Below, piece by piece: positions 1 through 13,548 of a DNA stretch of 64,000 nucleotides (positions are counted from its first letter, which is position 1; each line of letters opens with the position of its first letter). The DNA is taken from contig OZ024743.1 in the NCBI GenBank assembly GCA_964016885.1, positions 350,486,001 through 350,550,000 of the forward strand. The letters are read 5' to 3'. This DNA comes from Eledone cirrhosa. Its lineage: Eukaryota. Position numbers and translations under genes: made by a program. The notes below the pieces were generated by a model. That model did not search any database and was not told the origin of the DNA. It was given only the letters and a program-made list of their open reading frames with translations.

Positions 1-496
1 TATGTAGATGTACATTTTTAACTTAATTGTTTAAGCGTCAGTCATACAAAAGTGAGTTACAAACGAAACGAAATTTAATTTCGTTTCGTTATTTGTTTTT
101 ATCGTCTCCGCTGAACCGGTGCGTACTCACATTCTATGCAAATTAGTCTGCCCACTACTAATTTTCATAGAAAAACCATATAACGATATGTGCTTTTACG
201 ATTCTCCAGAAAGGCCGGTAGATAGGTAAATATTGCTGATGAGTTGTAACAACAACGAAACTAGTTCAATATTCCTTGTCTGGCTTTCTGGAGAATAGAG
301 GAAAGGCGTTTCCTCGAAAACCAGTATGACTCTAAAAACCGGTTTGTCTGTGTGTTTACATACAGAATAGCTGGGTTGCTCACAGTAAAGCAACCAGTGA
401 AAGACTCGTTACACCTACATATGTATACGTGTGTGTATTCATATACACACTAGTATTTCAGTATGCATATGTAGATGTACATTTTTAACTTAATTG

Positions 497-499
<3 letters not shown>
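1..499 (+). repeat. Retrozyme-like ~468-bp repeat unit with terminal redundancy, octamer motif and hammerhead ribozyme
   Basis: 1-31 is repeated directly at 469-499. ATGCAAAT at 136-143; hammerhead at 229-273. Shares the aatttcgtttc and tatgcaaattagtctgc blocks with the 37779-38870 family. Confidence 0.7.
201..296 (+). ncRNA. Type I hammerhead ribozyme with minimal palindromic stem III
   Basis: Stem I AATATTG(229-235)/CAATATT(267-273), extended by ATTCTCCAGAAAG/CTTTCTGGAGAAT. Core CTGATGA 236-242; stem II GTTGT/ACAAC; GAAA 257-260; stem III A-CTAG-T; predicted cleavage after GUU at 266. Confidence 0.85.
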
Positions 500-564
<65 letters not shown>

Positions 565-638
565 ATAATAATAAAATTGAAGACTAAAATCCAGAGAGGG
601 CTCGATAAGGAAAATATATATCAAATATATAAGAACCG

Positions 639-860
<222 letters not shown>

Positions 861-1192
861 TAGATAGTGTTAGCAACTGGACTGGAAAGACCAATGGAAA
901 CATTGTTTCCTCGGTCCGATTTGATGAGAGTCGATCGGTGTGTGTTTGTGTGTAGTGGAAAATGAACAAACAAATCACAGGAGACAATTGTACACAGTTA
1001 TATTAGGTTCACGTATGTAAACCGCTGGAGACGGTAAAAAGAAGGCAACCAGCTCAACGTCAATTGGACTAGCTGCCCTCTTTGTTCCGTCTCTATGGTC
1101 TTATATACCCAATCCCTTAGACTATATTATAATATGTAGGTTGAAGCTTGTAGTTCTCCCTCCCTAACACACTCACATACACAGAGATACAT

Positions 1193-1223
<31 letters not shown>

Positions 1224-1490
1224 TAAAATAACAGATTAAAGTTTAAACCCTCTTTGGATTTTAGTCTTCGTATTTATCCTTATTACTATATATATATATA
1301 TATATATATAAAGAATTATCGTTCTACATAGCTGAATACAATAAATGTAATCTGAGTTCTGCAGTTCTGTTTACATGCCAACACAAGAGCAAGAATGAGG
1401 GGCTCATTCTACTGACATAGCTTTAAAAATGAGGCTGTTTGCATAATTGCAAACGATTCGAATATTATTATTAATATTCGAAAAACTCAC

Positions 1491-1602
<112 letters not shown>

Positions 1603-2164
1603 TGGTATTCAGAATATATTGATTTAAAAAAATAATCTTCAATCAACTGAAACTATCCTTACAAAATCAAAATCGAAACTCCCTTTATTCTGGTCTAAAA
1701 CATAGGGAAGGAATAGAATGTACTGATAATGAACCTTGCTTTATGCTGTCTTGGTGAAAGAACGGATTAGTTTCGATTTTATTACATCTCCCTAACAAAG
1801 TAAATTCTCTTTGCAAGTTGGCCCGAGTAGAAGAATGGTCAAATATATGTGAAAGTAGAAAGAAACTATGATCTGATTGATGGTTTAGACCCGGTGATGG
1901 TACATACAGACGCAAATGTAATCTATTTCTGCTCAAGAGGAATCAATCACCATGAGTGTATGCAAAAAGTCAATGTGACCAAAGACTCAAACGTAGAAAT
2001 AACTGTAAAACAGTCGAGAGAATTGGATAAAACAAACTTGGGGACGGAAAAGATCGGTCAGAGAAGAGAGAGAGAGAGAGAGAGAAGTCAAGAATGAGAG
2101 GAAGAGACAGAGAGGGAAGATAAAGGGGGTATATATATACATTTGAGTTAGTGTATATAACCAC

Positions 2165-2645
2165 ATATCCTTGTGGATATGGTCCGAACGTGGAAGAGCC
2201 GAGCTCCCACTGTCATCGCCTCCATCTCTCTCGCCCTCCGCATCTCTCTGTGTGGTGAGCAAATGGGGTCCCACGTGCTGGCCTTCCCACAGCCTCGGCG
2301 GACTGAATGGAGACGGCGTTACCCCAGAGGATGGTAAGGGAGATGCGCTGGAATAGCCATTCCAACTCGCGAGGCTTCATCTGCAGCTGGCCAGCTCAGC
2401 GCCTATAGTGGTGAGTAGGGAGATAGCTCTAGAGCCAAGGACACCAGAAGTCTCCACTGCCAAGGGCACGACCGCCTACCTGTCGGAGAGCGACTGGTAC
2501 TTGGAGAGTTTGGTCTCCTCAGCCCGACGTGCAGCAGAACCTGGGTTAGTCGCAGACTGCACCAGGTTGCGGCTGGAGAACGTGTCGCTGCAAGTGACAT
2601 CCCAAACGAGGGGCTTGCCACCGCGGAACAGGAAGATCGTCATTA
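2165..2645 (-). mobile_element. 3' fragment of a CRE-clade-like non-LTR retrotransposon (restriction-like endonuclease domain), decayed
   Basis: Manual minus-strand translation: GKPLVWDVTCSDTF...AEETKLSKY...*..VPLAVETSGVLG...(frameshift)EWLFQRISLTILWGNA. The 3' part recurs at 51266-51390. Confidence 0.75.
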
Positions 2646-3799
2646 GCCATGCAGTAGCATCAAACTAAGAGATTGTGCTACGTTCTACGGTTACATGAAG
2701 CACATATTAAATAACTCGGGGAAGTTATGAACATCACAAATGACTAAATATAGGTGCTCCAAAATTACATCTGGGACTGACTTTCTATTACATCACGACA
2801 TTTAACCGTCACTGATTTGAACTAAACATTGGGTTTCAATTACTTTTAAAAATCCAATACAAATTGGCTGGGAATAATGAACAGTTTCGCACATATGTAT
2901 ATATTTGTATGTACGTGTCTGCAGTATGTATGTGTTTTATAATTGTGTATGTAATGTATGTGTGAGAGAAAGAGAGAGTTTGGGTTTGGTGTATGTAATG
3001 TATATATTTGTGTATACGTGTCTGAAGTATGTATGTGTTATAGTTGTGTGTGTAAATGTATGTGTTAGAGAAAGGGAGAGTTTGGGTTTGGGTTTGGTGT
3101 ATGTCATGTGTATGTTTGTGCGTGTGCGCGCGTATGTGTGTAGTTTCATCGCGATAGTCACGCTCCGTTGAATCTTTTACCTTGGCAGAAAGAAGAGACA
3201 ACTTGAAAATTCAACGCCTTTCGTACAATTGTCACGACCACATACCATCCCTTAACTGCTCCCGCCCATAATACGACTTCCACACTATCACCACCATCCT
3301 TAAGCAGCAAGTGTCTACCCTACCGCCTCCAAACTACTCCAATGAGAAACATTATAAAGCTTACTTTTAAATCTTAATTCAAGCACATTAACCCATACAG
3401 AATACCAGGTTTCTAATATATTTGATCATAGATCTGCTTGATAGCTGCTTTGGGCTAACCTGGGGTTAAACATCATTGTCCGAATACCATTAGTTATAGA
3501 CCAGCTTTGGATCTAAACAACATATAACCCGCACTATTATCTCCACCAATGCCTCACAAGAACAATCACACCTTTCATACCATCATCACCGCCGTCACAA
3601 ACTCTACCGCTATCATTAGCACCACCACCACAACCACTACACTAATACCACTATTAGAACAACGGCTATCAATACCTACAGAAGAAATATTAGAACTCAA
3701 TAATACCACCTTTACCATCATCTAAACAACCACCACAATCCATACTACTCATATTAAAACTACTACCACTACTACAGCCAGCACTACCTCGAGAAATAG

Positions 3800-6287
3800 T
3801 ATAACTCAAATTATCAATAACACCAAAGCCTACACTACTACCACTATCAACTTTACAGTTACCACTGACCATACTACTATTACTACTACTACCACCACCA
3901 CCATTACCGCTATCACAATTACCACAACACCCAGAAGAAACTTTATAACCTAAACTATCAATAACACCAAAGCCTACACCACTGCCACTATCAACTTTAC
4001 AGCTACCACTAACCATGCTACTACTACTACTACTACTACTTATACCACCACGACCACGACTACTACATTATAACCTAAACTATCAATAACACCAAAGCCT
4101 ACACCACTGCCACTATCAACTTTACAGCTACCACTAACCATGCTACTACTACTACTACTACTACTTATACCACCACGACCACGACTACTACATTATAACC
4201 TAAACTATCAATAACACCAAAGCCTACACCACTGCCACTATCAACTTTACAGCTACCACTAACCATGCTACTACTACTACTACTACTACTTATACCACCA
4301 CGACCACGACTACTACATTATAACCTAAACTATCAATAACACCAAGCCTACACCACTGCCACTATCAACTTTACAGCTACCACTAACCATACTACTACTA
4401 TTACTACTACTACTACTTATACCACCACGACCACGACTACTACATTATAACCTAAACTATCAATAACACCAAGCCTACACCACTGCCACTATCAACTTTA
4501 CAGCTACCACTAACCATACTACTACTATTACTACTACTACTACTTATACCACCACGACCACGACTACTACATTATAACCTAAACTATCAATAACACCAAG
4601 CCTACACCACTGCCACTATCAACTTTACAGCTACCACTAACCATACTACTACTATTACTACTACTACTACTTATACCACCACGACCACGACTACTACATT
4701 ATAACCTAAACTATCAATAACACCAAGCCTACACCACTGCCACTATCAACTTTACAGCTACCACTAACCATACTACTACTATTACTACTACTACTACTTA
4801 TACCACCACGACCACGACTACTACATTATAACCTAAACTATCAATAACACCAAGCCTACACCACTGCCACTATCAACTTTACAGCTACCACTAACCATAC
4901 TACTACTATTACTACTACTACTACTTATACCACCACGACCACGACTACTACATTATAACCTAAACTATCAATAACACCAAGCCTACACCACTGCCACTAT
5001 CAACTTTACAGCTACCACTAACCATACTACTACTATTACTACTACTACTACTTATACCACCACGACCACGACTACTACATTATAACCTAAACTATCAATA
5101 ACACCAAGCCTACACCACTGCCACTATCAACTTTACAGCTACCACTAACCATACTACTACTATTACTACTACTACTACTTATACCACCACGACCACGACT
5201 ACTACATTATAACCTAAACTATCAATAACACCAAGCCTACACCACTGCCACTATCAACTTTACAGCTACCACTAACCATACTACTACTATTACTACTACT
5301 ACTACTTATACCACCACGACCACGACTACTACATTATAACCTAAACTATCAATAACACCAAGCCTACACCACTGCCACTATCAACTTTACAGCTACCACT
5401 AACCATACTACTACTATTACTACTACTACTACTTATACCACCACGACCACGACTACTACATTATAACCTAAACTATCAATAACACCAAGCCTACACCACT
5501 GCCACTATCAACTTTACAGCTACCACTAACCATACTACTACTATTACTACTACTACTACTTATACCACCACGACCACGACTACTACATTATAACCTAAAC
5601 TATCAATAACACCAAGCCTACACCACTGCCACTATCAACTTTACAGCTACCACTAACCATACTACTACTATTACTACTACTACTACTTATACCACCACGA
5701 CCACGACTACTACATTATAACCTAAACTATCAATAACACCAAGCCTACACCACTGCCACTATCAACTTTACAGCTACCACTAACCATACTACTACTATTA
5801 CTACTACTACTACTTATACCACCACGACCACGACTACTACATTATAACCTAAACTATCAATAACACCAAGCCTACACCACTGCCACTATCAACTTTACAG
5901 CTACCACTAACCATACTACTACTATTACTACTACTACTACTTATACCACCACGACCACGACTACTACATTATAACCTAAACTATCAATAACACCAAGCCT
6001 ACACCACTGCCACTATCAACTTTACAGCTACCACTAACCATACTACTACTATTACTACTACTACTACTTATACCACCACGACCACGACTACTACATTATA
6101 ACCTAAACTATCAATAACACCAAGCCTACACCACTGCCACTATCAACTTTACAGCTACCACTAACCATACTACTACTATTACTACTACTACTACTTATAC
6201 CACCACGACCACGACTACTACATTATAACCTAAACTATCAATAACACCAAGCCTACACCACTGCCACTATCAACTTTACAGCTACCA
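3800..6287. repeat. Tandem minisatellite array: 3 x 125 bp + 15 x 127 bp + partial unit, preceded by a diverged proto-unit
   Basis: Marker TAACCTAAAC at 3946, 4071, 4196, 4321, 4448, 4575 ... 6226. A/C-rich on +, with an internal (CTA)n. Confidence 0.95.
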
Positions 6288-6639
6288 GAGTCCCCATTAC
6301 TAATCCTAATATTACCAGTGCTACTACTACCACTATCACAACTGTTGCTGATGCCACTGCTACTACTGCTGCTACTGCTACTGCAGCTTATGAGGGCACC
6401 TTTCACGGTCGTTCGATTTTCTAGAAATAACAGCCGTCCTCATATCATCACATACTATCATTTATATTTGTTTTGGTGTTTGTTTTTAATAAAAGAAAAG
6501 ACACATTCGGCAACCTAGTCATAGATGTATAAAATGACAGGATGGGAGTAGCCAGGGATGAACAACAACTGCAACCTCTATAGAAGTAAGCTCTTTCTGG
6601 TCGAATGAACTGTTAGTAAATGCAGCCAAGATTCCACAG

Positions 6640-6820
6640 ACCTGTAAACTCTCCCCATCGTACGGGAAGATCTCCCACCCATTTTGAAGTGGGTGAGAGA
6701 TGTCTTCCCTTGTGAAAATGAGTATAGCTTTCATTATGTAAAATCTCCCCATTGTGCCCCATTTCTCCCCGTTTTGGGGCACTTTTTTCATGGTACTCCC
6801 CGTTTGGGTTTTTAAGAGAT
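6640..6820. repeat. Dispersed repeat copy (second copy at about 11468-11640), family unassigned
   Basis: Shared blocks gggtgagag-tgtcttc, gtgaaaatg-tatagctttcattatgtaa, ccccgttttggg-cac, tggtactcc-cgtttgggttttta. Confidence 0.65.
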
Positions 6821-6984
6821 TGTCATTAAAATAAAGAGCACATTGTATAGCGTTGTGCATGGTTTTATTATGTCCCGAAATATGTTTGCATTGCGAAGGG
6901 TAGAATTTATTTTATAATGGATCAGCTCGATCACGGGAACTTGGGGCTAAAGAACCATGCAACTGCAGTTAGGGCTAAAAATAG

Positions 6985-7480
6985 TAACGGCACAACTGAC
7001 ACTTCTACCACAACTGTGCCCCTGGTCGAGAGGCAGGTGCCTTGTCTGGGACGTCACTGTTAGTGACTCTTTTGCTCTTTCCCACATTCTGGATGCTGCG
7101 GTTAGGACGAGAGCCACAGCTTCTGCAGCCGAGCGGAGTAAGACCCTCAAATACTCTCATCTGTCGGCCAGCTACATTTTTCAGCCTGTGGCTTTCGAGA
7201 CCTTTGGGGGAGTCGGGCCGCTGACTGCGAGGTTCCCATTCTTACTAGCGGCTCGCCTAATAGAAGTGACTGGCGAATCTCGCTAGGGTGCTTGGCTGTT
7301 TCAGCGCATCAGCCTCGCCATCACCCGAGGCAATGCTGCGAGTGTGCTGGCTTGCCTCAAAAATCATTAGATAGGTTGCCCAGTACTCGCGACGTTGCTG
7401 TCTTTTGCTCTGGTGTTGGCTCCGTTGTTCACCCCTTCCTTTACATTTTCTTTAATATTGTAACATTAAAAGAATATATC
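6985..7480 (+). mobile_element. 3' fragment of a second CRE-clade-like retrotransposon (RLE domain)
   Basis: PWSRGRCLVWDVTVSDSFA...AERSKTLKY...FQPVAFETFGGVG...*GAWLFQRISLAITRGNAASVL. Confidence 0.8.
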
Positions 7481-8551
7481 TTACATTGTATCATCCTTTA
7501 TAGTGTTACCGAAGTACTATCAGCTTATCTATTGTTATTGTTGTTGCTGTTGCTGCTTCTACTGATGCTTTTTTTAACCACCAGATTAGCCCTGATCAAA
7601 CAGATCGATCTATGATCCAAGACATTCCATCTGTGATCATCCCGTATTTTTCCTATACTAGGACTACATTATCCAAAATGTTAAGGTGTGATTTGAGGGA
7701 GATTTAGCTGCTATTTCTAACTGAATACTACGTAGATGATATTTATTTAATGGCATGTGTCATAAGAAGAAATAAATATATGTGTTGTCATGGTAATTGT
7801 CCCAAAAGTTGTGATATTCTTATCAGATGGGGAGGCTCGTTGTTTTTTAGATGGTAGGATCTTATCTGAGAGAAGTTTTGGCTGTTATTTCTAAAAGGTT
7901 GCCCGAATCTCTGAGGTGATCCAATAAGATCAAAACAGGTCTGTTATTCTCGCCAGTTATTTTTTTTATCGTACTGATATTATCGGGGTTATTTTTAGGG
8001 AATTTTTGTCTACTAATTGCAAGGATAATTTCAGCTATATTCCATATATGAGATTGTATTATATGAATAAAGGTCCTTTGTTTGTTATTAGAAATAGAAA
8101 TAGAAGTAGATGTATTGGTTTGTGGTTTAGGCCTATGACCACAGGTATTCTAGCTATAGCGATCAGGTTTTATCGAAGGTGAAGGAAACTCGGAACCACA
8201 TTATCTGTTTAATCAGAAGTGCCTTATTTCTTTATGTTTGTTTTTTGTTCTCGGGTTTTTCTTTGTATGGTGTATATTTGAAAAATATAGAGATTCCCTT
8301 TTGTGCCGCTCGATGTTAAGATATCTGGTAAACATGATAATGGACAGTTGATTTCTTCAACCGAAATTGGGACGAATACATCACACCTGGTTTATGTGCT
8401 CTGCGGGGTGGAATTACTGACGAATTGATGTGTATTCCATAAGTATGTGTACACATACTGTAATTCTCAAGCAGAATCAGTGTAACAAATATGCGGTAAG
8501 GCTGGACATTTGAATTACAAGCGGTTACCATCTACCTTATTTTACTCATTA

Positions 8552-8670
8552 GTCTTGGGTCGACCTAAGGTTGTGGTAAAGACATTTGCCCCAGGTTCCA
8601 CGCACTGGGATTGCACCCGAAACCTTGTGATTGCGAAGTGAACTTTTTAACCACACAACCATGTCTGCGA
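8552..8670 (-). mobile_element. tRNA-derived SINE head, degenerate
   Basis: Minus strand TGGTTGTGTGGTT (A-box-like) ... GGTGCAATCCC (B-box-like), followed by CCTGGGGCAAATGTCTT. Confidence 0.55.
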
Positions 8671-9312
8671 CTATGTAATAGCTAATGGAGTGTATATCGT
8701 TTTCCCCCTCCCATTTTTTAGTTTTCTTTTTATTTCTTACTTTTAATTGCTTTATGAATATCAAATGAAAATATAAGCTTGGAAATGTTTACAAATATTT
8801 AGATATATTTTCTCAGAGAAGAATAGATGGTTTATGGGAAATATGGCTGTTATCTCTAGCAATTTAAATGACCACATAAAGATTCCTTTATTGGTACACA
8901 AAATTAAGGGTATCGCAATGGGACAAGGTCTATGATCAAATGTATTCTAACCGTGATCATCCCATCTATTTTCCGATGTGCAGACAACCAGGAAGAACAT
9001 TATCCAAAATGTGTTTTTTAGGACGATAGAGTAAGACTTGGAGGGAGTTTTGCCTGCTATTTCTAACAGGTCTAGAGAGCACACAGAGGCTTCTTTGTTG
9101 TAGAATGAGTGTCGTCAAGGGACGTGTCTATATAGCTGTGAAATCAGTGTTTAAATAAAAGATGTGTAAAACTATAAATATATCGCTGGGTTATAAATGC
9201 GACAATGTGCTCTTATCACACTAACTTTATTGTTAGGAACTGACCTAAAGGACATTGAATTTCTTTTTTCTATATTTTATTCAAACATTCAGCCACGATA
9301 AAGGACTTCAAA

Positions 9313-9345
<33 letters not shown>

Positions 9346-12277
9346 TGTATGTATGTATGTATGTATGTATGTATGTATGTATGTATGTATGTATGTATGT
9401 ATGTATGTATGCCAGCCATAGCAAGCAATAAAGTTGAACAAATGTGATTCAAACGTGCAACATACAAGAGTATTCTGTCACTGAATACCTACCTATCTGA
9501 TATATTTGATGTAAAACACATATACAATGTAAAACACGCTTACAAAGACACATCGCTAGTTTATACATTAACTATACACTAACTGATTTAACTGACGTAT
9601 ATTGTTAAGGGAGTAGTGGTGTGGTGACGGCAGTGGTGGCGGTGGCGTTGCTGTTTAACCCTTTTATGTCAGCTCTGACTGAGCAGTCCTAAAATCATTA
9701 CAGACGCGCCCAAACATTTTTTCGCTTGCATAGAGTTATATAGGACTACATTATCCAATCTTTATAAAATGACAATAGGATGTTATTCAAGGGTGGCTTA
9801 GTTGCTATTTCTAGCAGATCATCTTGCCACATAGAGGCTCCCCTATTGTTTTTATGCTATTTTATTGTCATTATCGCTTTAACTAAAAGAGGAACGCAGA
9901 TATAACTTAAAAGGTCGTATGATTAGGCCATGTTACCAGTGAACAAACCTAGCGATCAAGTTTCGTTCTTATCGCAGAACTGTAATGCGCATGACAGTTA
10001 CTCGGACTGGAGTCCAACGTTTACCTATAGCGTCACCACATCCAGCACTGTCGCTAACACCACTACATACTCCTCCAACAAGCCACAGCTGAAAAAGCAG
10101 CTGAATTATTCACCATTCATATATAAAAAAGACGACCAGTCGTTACTAGCGGCCAGATTAATTAAGCGACAAAACAAGATCTGACATAGCCGTCTCACCC
10201 GATGTGTTGGCAGCAAGGAAAAAAAATCTTTTTAAAATGGACGGGGCTTTCACATACCCAGAACAGAACAGCTGGCAGAAACCGTGTAGAATGTATGGGG
10301 TAAATCCTCTGCGTGAGGGGTAGAACCTACAGGATCGTCTGTGTCAGTTTTAGGGTGAAAATACAACCCCAAACAGGTAAAACCTTTGAGGTACGTAAGT
10401 GTATCCCATTATTTGGGAGGGAAAGACATACAAAGAAGAGTGTAAGAGACATGGACAACAATGTTAAACAGTGTCTCTTTATCAGCTTATCGTAACATGT
10501 GCGCTGGTGAGTTCAGGGATGATAATGAGCGATATCTGCTCAAGGGATGTAATCTGTTATGTGAACAGAAACAGAGGGCATAATACTTGTTAGGCAAGAC
10601 AAAGAGCTTAGTTGCTACACTTGTAGAAGGAAGAGTGATTCGGAGGCTTTTTTCCCCTAAAAACCTGCAGAAGATACGATTAAACAGTGATGGAGAACAA
10701 CAGAACCAACAATAACTTCAATAGATCCCAATCACTAGACGTCACAGTTCCAGACCTGACGATGTTCACCCGCTCTCACTGCCAGGAGAAGACAAGAAGA
10801 TCAAAGGACCCCTTCTGTTGATCATGACAAGCAGTGACAGTGAGGATGTGGTAGGGCCGGAGAGTGGTTGACAGCTTCAGCAAACAGCACTGAGTCCAAC
10901 TATGCGATGGGGCCAGAAAGTCCTCCCTACTCTGTCTTAATACTGGCGAGCAGGAGTAGTCTTCCTCTCTCCAACCAATAACCCCGGGAAAGAATAGAGA
11001 ACTACCAGAAAGAAAAGGAGGAAAAGGAATTAACAGAGAGGAAGGGTGATGCCGTTAGAAATGCATGAAATATGTAATAAGAGAACAACAACGGCAGCTA
11101 CTAAATTGTCCGTTTTAGACTGAGTAAAGGAGTAGAGGGATGAAAAAAAGGTAGATTTATTAATTAGTAAATATTGAATAGAGTCGAAATATAGAAAACC
11201 CAGAAGAGAGAGACTTGCTGAAAATATCCCACATGCTGAAACATAAACCGCCTGACGAGGGATTTTTTTGTCCCCTCTCACTCAAAAGACAGTTATGGGC
11301 ACTTTTGGATACAGACTATTCCACTAGAAGCAAGGATAGGGAGGTTAGAATAGTAGTTATGTTAATTATTTGGATGGTGACTATGTTTTGTACATGTTAT
11401 ACAATCAGAGTTACGGGTTAACATGTCAAGTCGTGATTGTATAGAATATGTACTGTGGGATTTACAGATCTGCCAACTCTACCCATCGGACGGAGAGATT
11501 TGCAATAACCTTTGGATTGGGTGAGAGGTGTCTTCTCTAGTGAAAATGGCTATAGCTTTCATTATGTAATATTTTGCCTCATTTATCCCCGTTTTGGGCA
11601 CCTTTTTTTTGTGGTACTCCTCGTTTGGGTTTTTAGAGGTTGGCAAGTCTGGATTTGTATGATTAAATTGAAATATTCTATAATACATAACGGAATGGCA
11701 TCAAAATGTGATTTATGCACAGTTGAAAAAAAAAAAACATTGAAATGAAAACATTCAAGTCAACTGGACATTTACCTTAATTCCAAATCCGAATTCCTAG
11801 AAAAGTGTAGGTACAAACGGAAGTATATTCTGAGATCTTTATTTAAACCGCTTTTAATGGAAAACACACATGATCCAAGCTTTGTATCTGAATATGGCTG
11901 TCAGAATTGCAGCTTAAATATTACCTTTAACTTCGCCTCCCCTCAATATGCTTCTCATACTTTCCAAACTTGCCTTTCACTTGCATCAATCAAAAACATA
12001 GTCAGTTAAATTTTAAATTTTAACATTTTTTTTTTAATTATTAAACTTTGGGTTTTTCTTTCTCATGATCTCGCTTTGCTCTTTCTATCCAGTTTTTCAC
12101 TATCTACTTAGCCGTCAAGCATTCCTCGACGTATCTCCTAACCTAGATATTTATGTATCTAAATAATAAACTAGCAATTTGTATAGAGCATGTGTGTGTA
12201 TCTATGTAATTATAATAAATAACACACACACACACATATATATGCATATATATATATATATATATACGCACACACAT

Positions 12278-12363
<86 letters not shown>

Positions 12364-12370
<7 letters not shown>

Positions 12371-12981
12371 GTAGTTTAGAAAGCCACAACAATGCAGATG
12401 GGAAATCTCGAGGTAGGAAGTGAGTGAGAAATAGGAGAAAAGTGAAAATTGAGAGAAACGAAAATGAAAACAAAACAAAGGTAGAAGGGTTACCGTAGTG
12501 GAGATTTAATCCCAATATTTCGGGCTTACGCCCATCAACGGGGGAAAGTTCCAAAAGGGGGGGGGGGGGAACAGGCTAAGCCGGAGAAAGTTGTTGTATT
12601 GTCGTTAAAACATAGGAATACCGTTATGGGGAAAAATTCAAACGAGGGAAAGAATGCGCGTGCGCGTGATAGGCTGTGGCAAAAGCTACTGACCAATTGG
12701 GTTAAATCAATAGGGTGCGCTAGCGTGTGAAAGCCGTAAAATATGTGTGTGTAAATATATATGTGTGTGTAACTGTGTGTGTATATGTGTATGTGTGTAT
12801 GTATGTGAGTGTGTGTGTGTGAAAGATAGTGGGCCGTAGAAGCTGGAAATCAAAGGGTGTGAAAGGTGTTTTGTTTTCATTTTCGTTTCTCTCAATTTTC
12901 ACTTTTCTCCTATTTCTCACTCACTTCCTACCTCGAGATTTCCCATCTGCATTGTTGTGGCTTTCTAAACTACATATTTTA
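12364..12981. repeat. Fold-back insert: ~115-bp near-perfect inverted repeat next to (TA)n, with a degenerate hammerhead in the spacer
   Basis: 12364-12477 is the reverse complement of 12867-12981. Minus strand 12509-12547 reads TCCC-CCGTTGAT-GGGC GTAA GCCC-GAAA-TATT-GGGA. Confidence 0.8.
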
Positions 12982-13370
12982 CACATTTCACAATGCTTCA
13001 AGCAAACTTTAACACCCTCATATATATATATATATATAACGTAATATGACATAACTTAAGGTTTTCATTCTCTCCCCCCTCTCTCTATCTCTATATATCT
13101 CTCTCTTGAGTTTTTTTCTCTGTCTGATGGTTTGATATCTCCCCGTTATTTTCCTCTGTTCTCTTTTCTTTTTGCTTTCTTCTTTTTCTTTATCTATCTC
13201 TCCCTTTCTTTTCTCCGCGTTTCTCTCTCTCTCTTTCTCCATCTTTTTACTTACTCTTAACACTATGACTTACTAAAGTAAACAAACCACTATCCTGATG
13301 GCCTCCCAAGACAACGGTCACTTTTAAAAGGGTACGTCAATGTCTATTTATAAAACTGTTATATATTGTA

Positions 13371-13430
13371 TTTTGTCTGATGAAGGCATACCATGATTTA
13401 ACTTGGTATCCTTGAAATATATATAATGAA
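13371..13430 (+). ncRNA. Degenerate hammerhead-like motif
   Basis: CTGATGA at 13377, stem AAGG-ATACCA/TGGTAT-CCTT, GAAA at 13414, then TATAT; stem I pairs poorly. Confidence 0.45.
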
Positions 13431-13472
13431 ATAAATATAGTTTTATAAATATAATTTCCATTTATTAATATC

Positions 13473-13548
<76 letters not shown>

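Noticed and set aside
3946-6287. Regular repeat array as CRISPR or mucin-like coding repeat
   Set aside because: No unique spacers, eukaryotic context, unit length not divisible by 3, frequent stops.
9930-10184. 84-aa ATG ORF as a possible first exon of the homeobox gene
   Set aside because: No recognisable motif or convincing in-frame donor; cannot be supported.
11248-11275. CTGACGA followed by a GGGA/TCCC hairpin
   Set aside because: No GAAA or stem III follows; not a supportable hammerhead.
11030-11281. KKIPRQAVY resembling the missing homeodomain N-terminal arm (RKPRQAY)
   Set aside because: Wrong strand relative to the homeobox exons and no helix-1 sequence follows.
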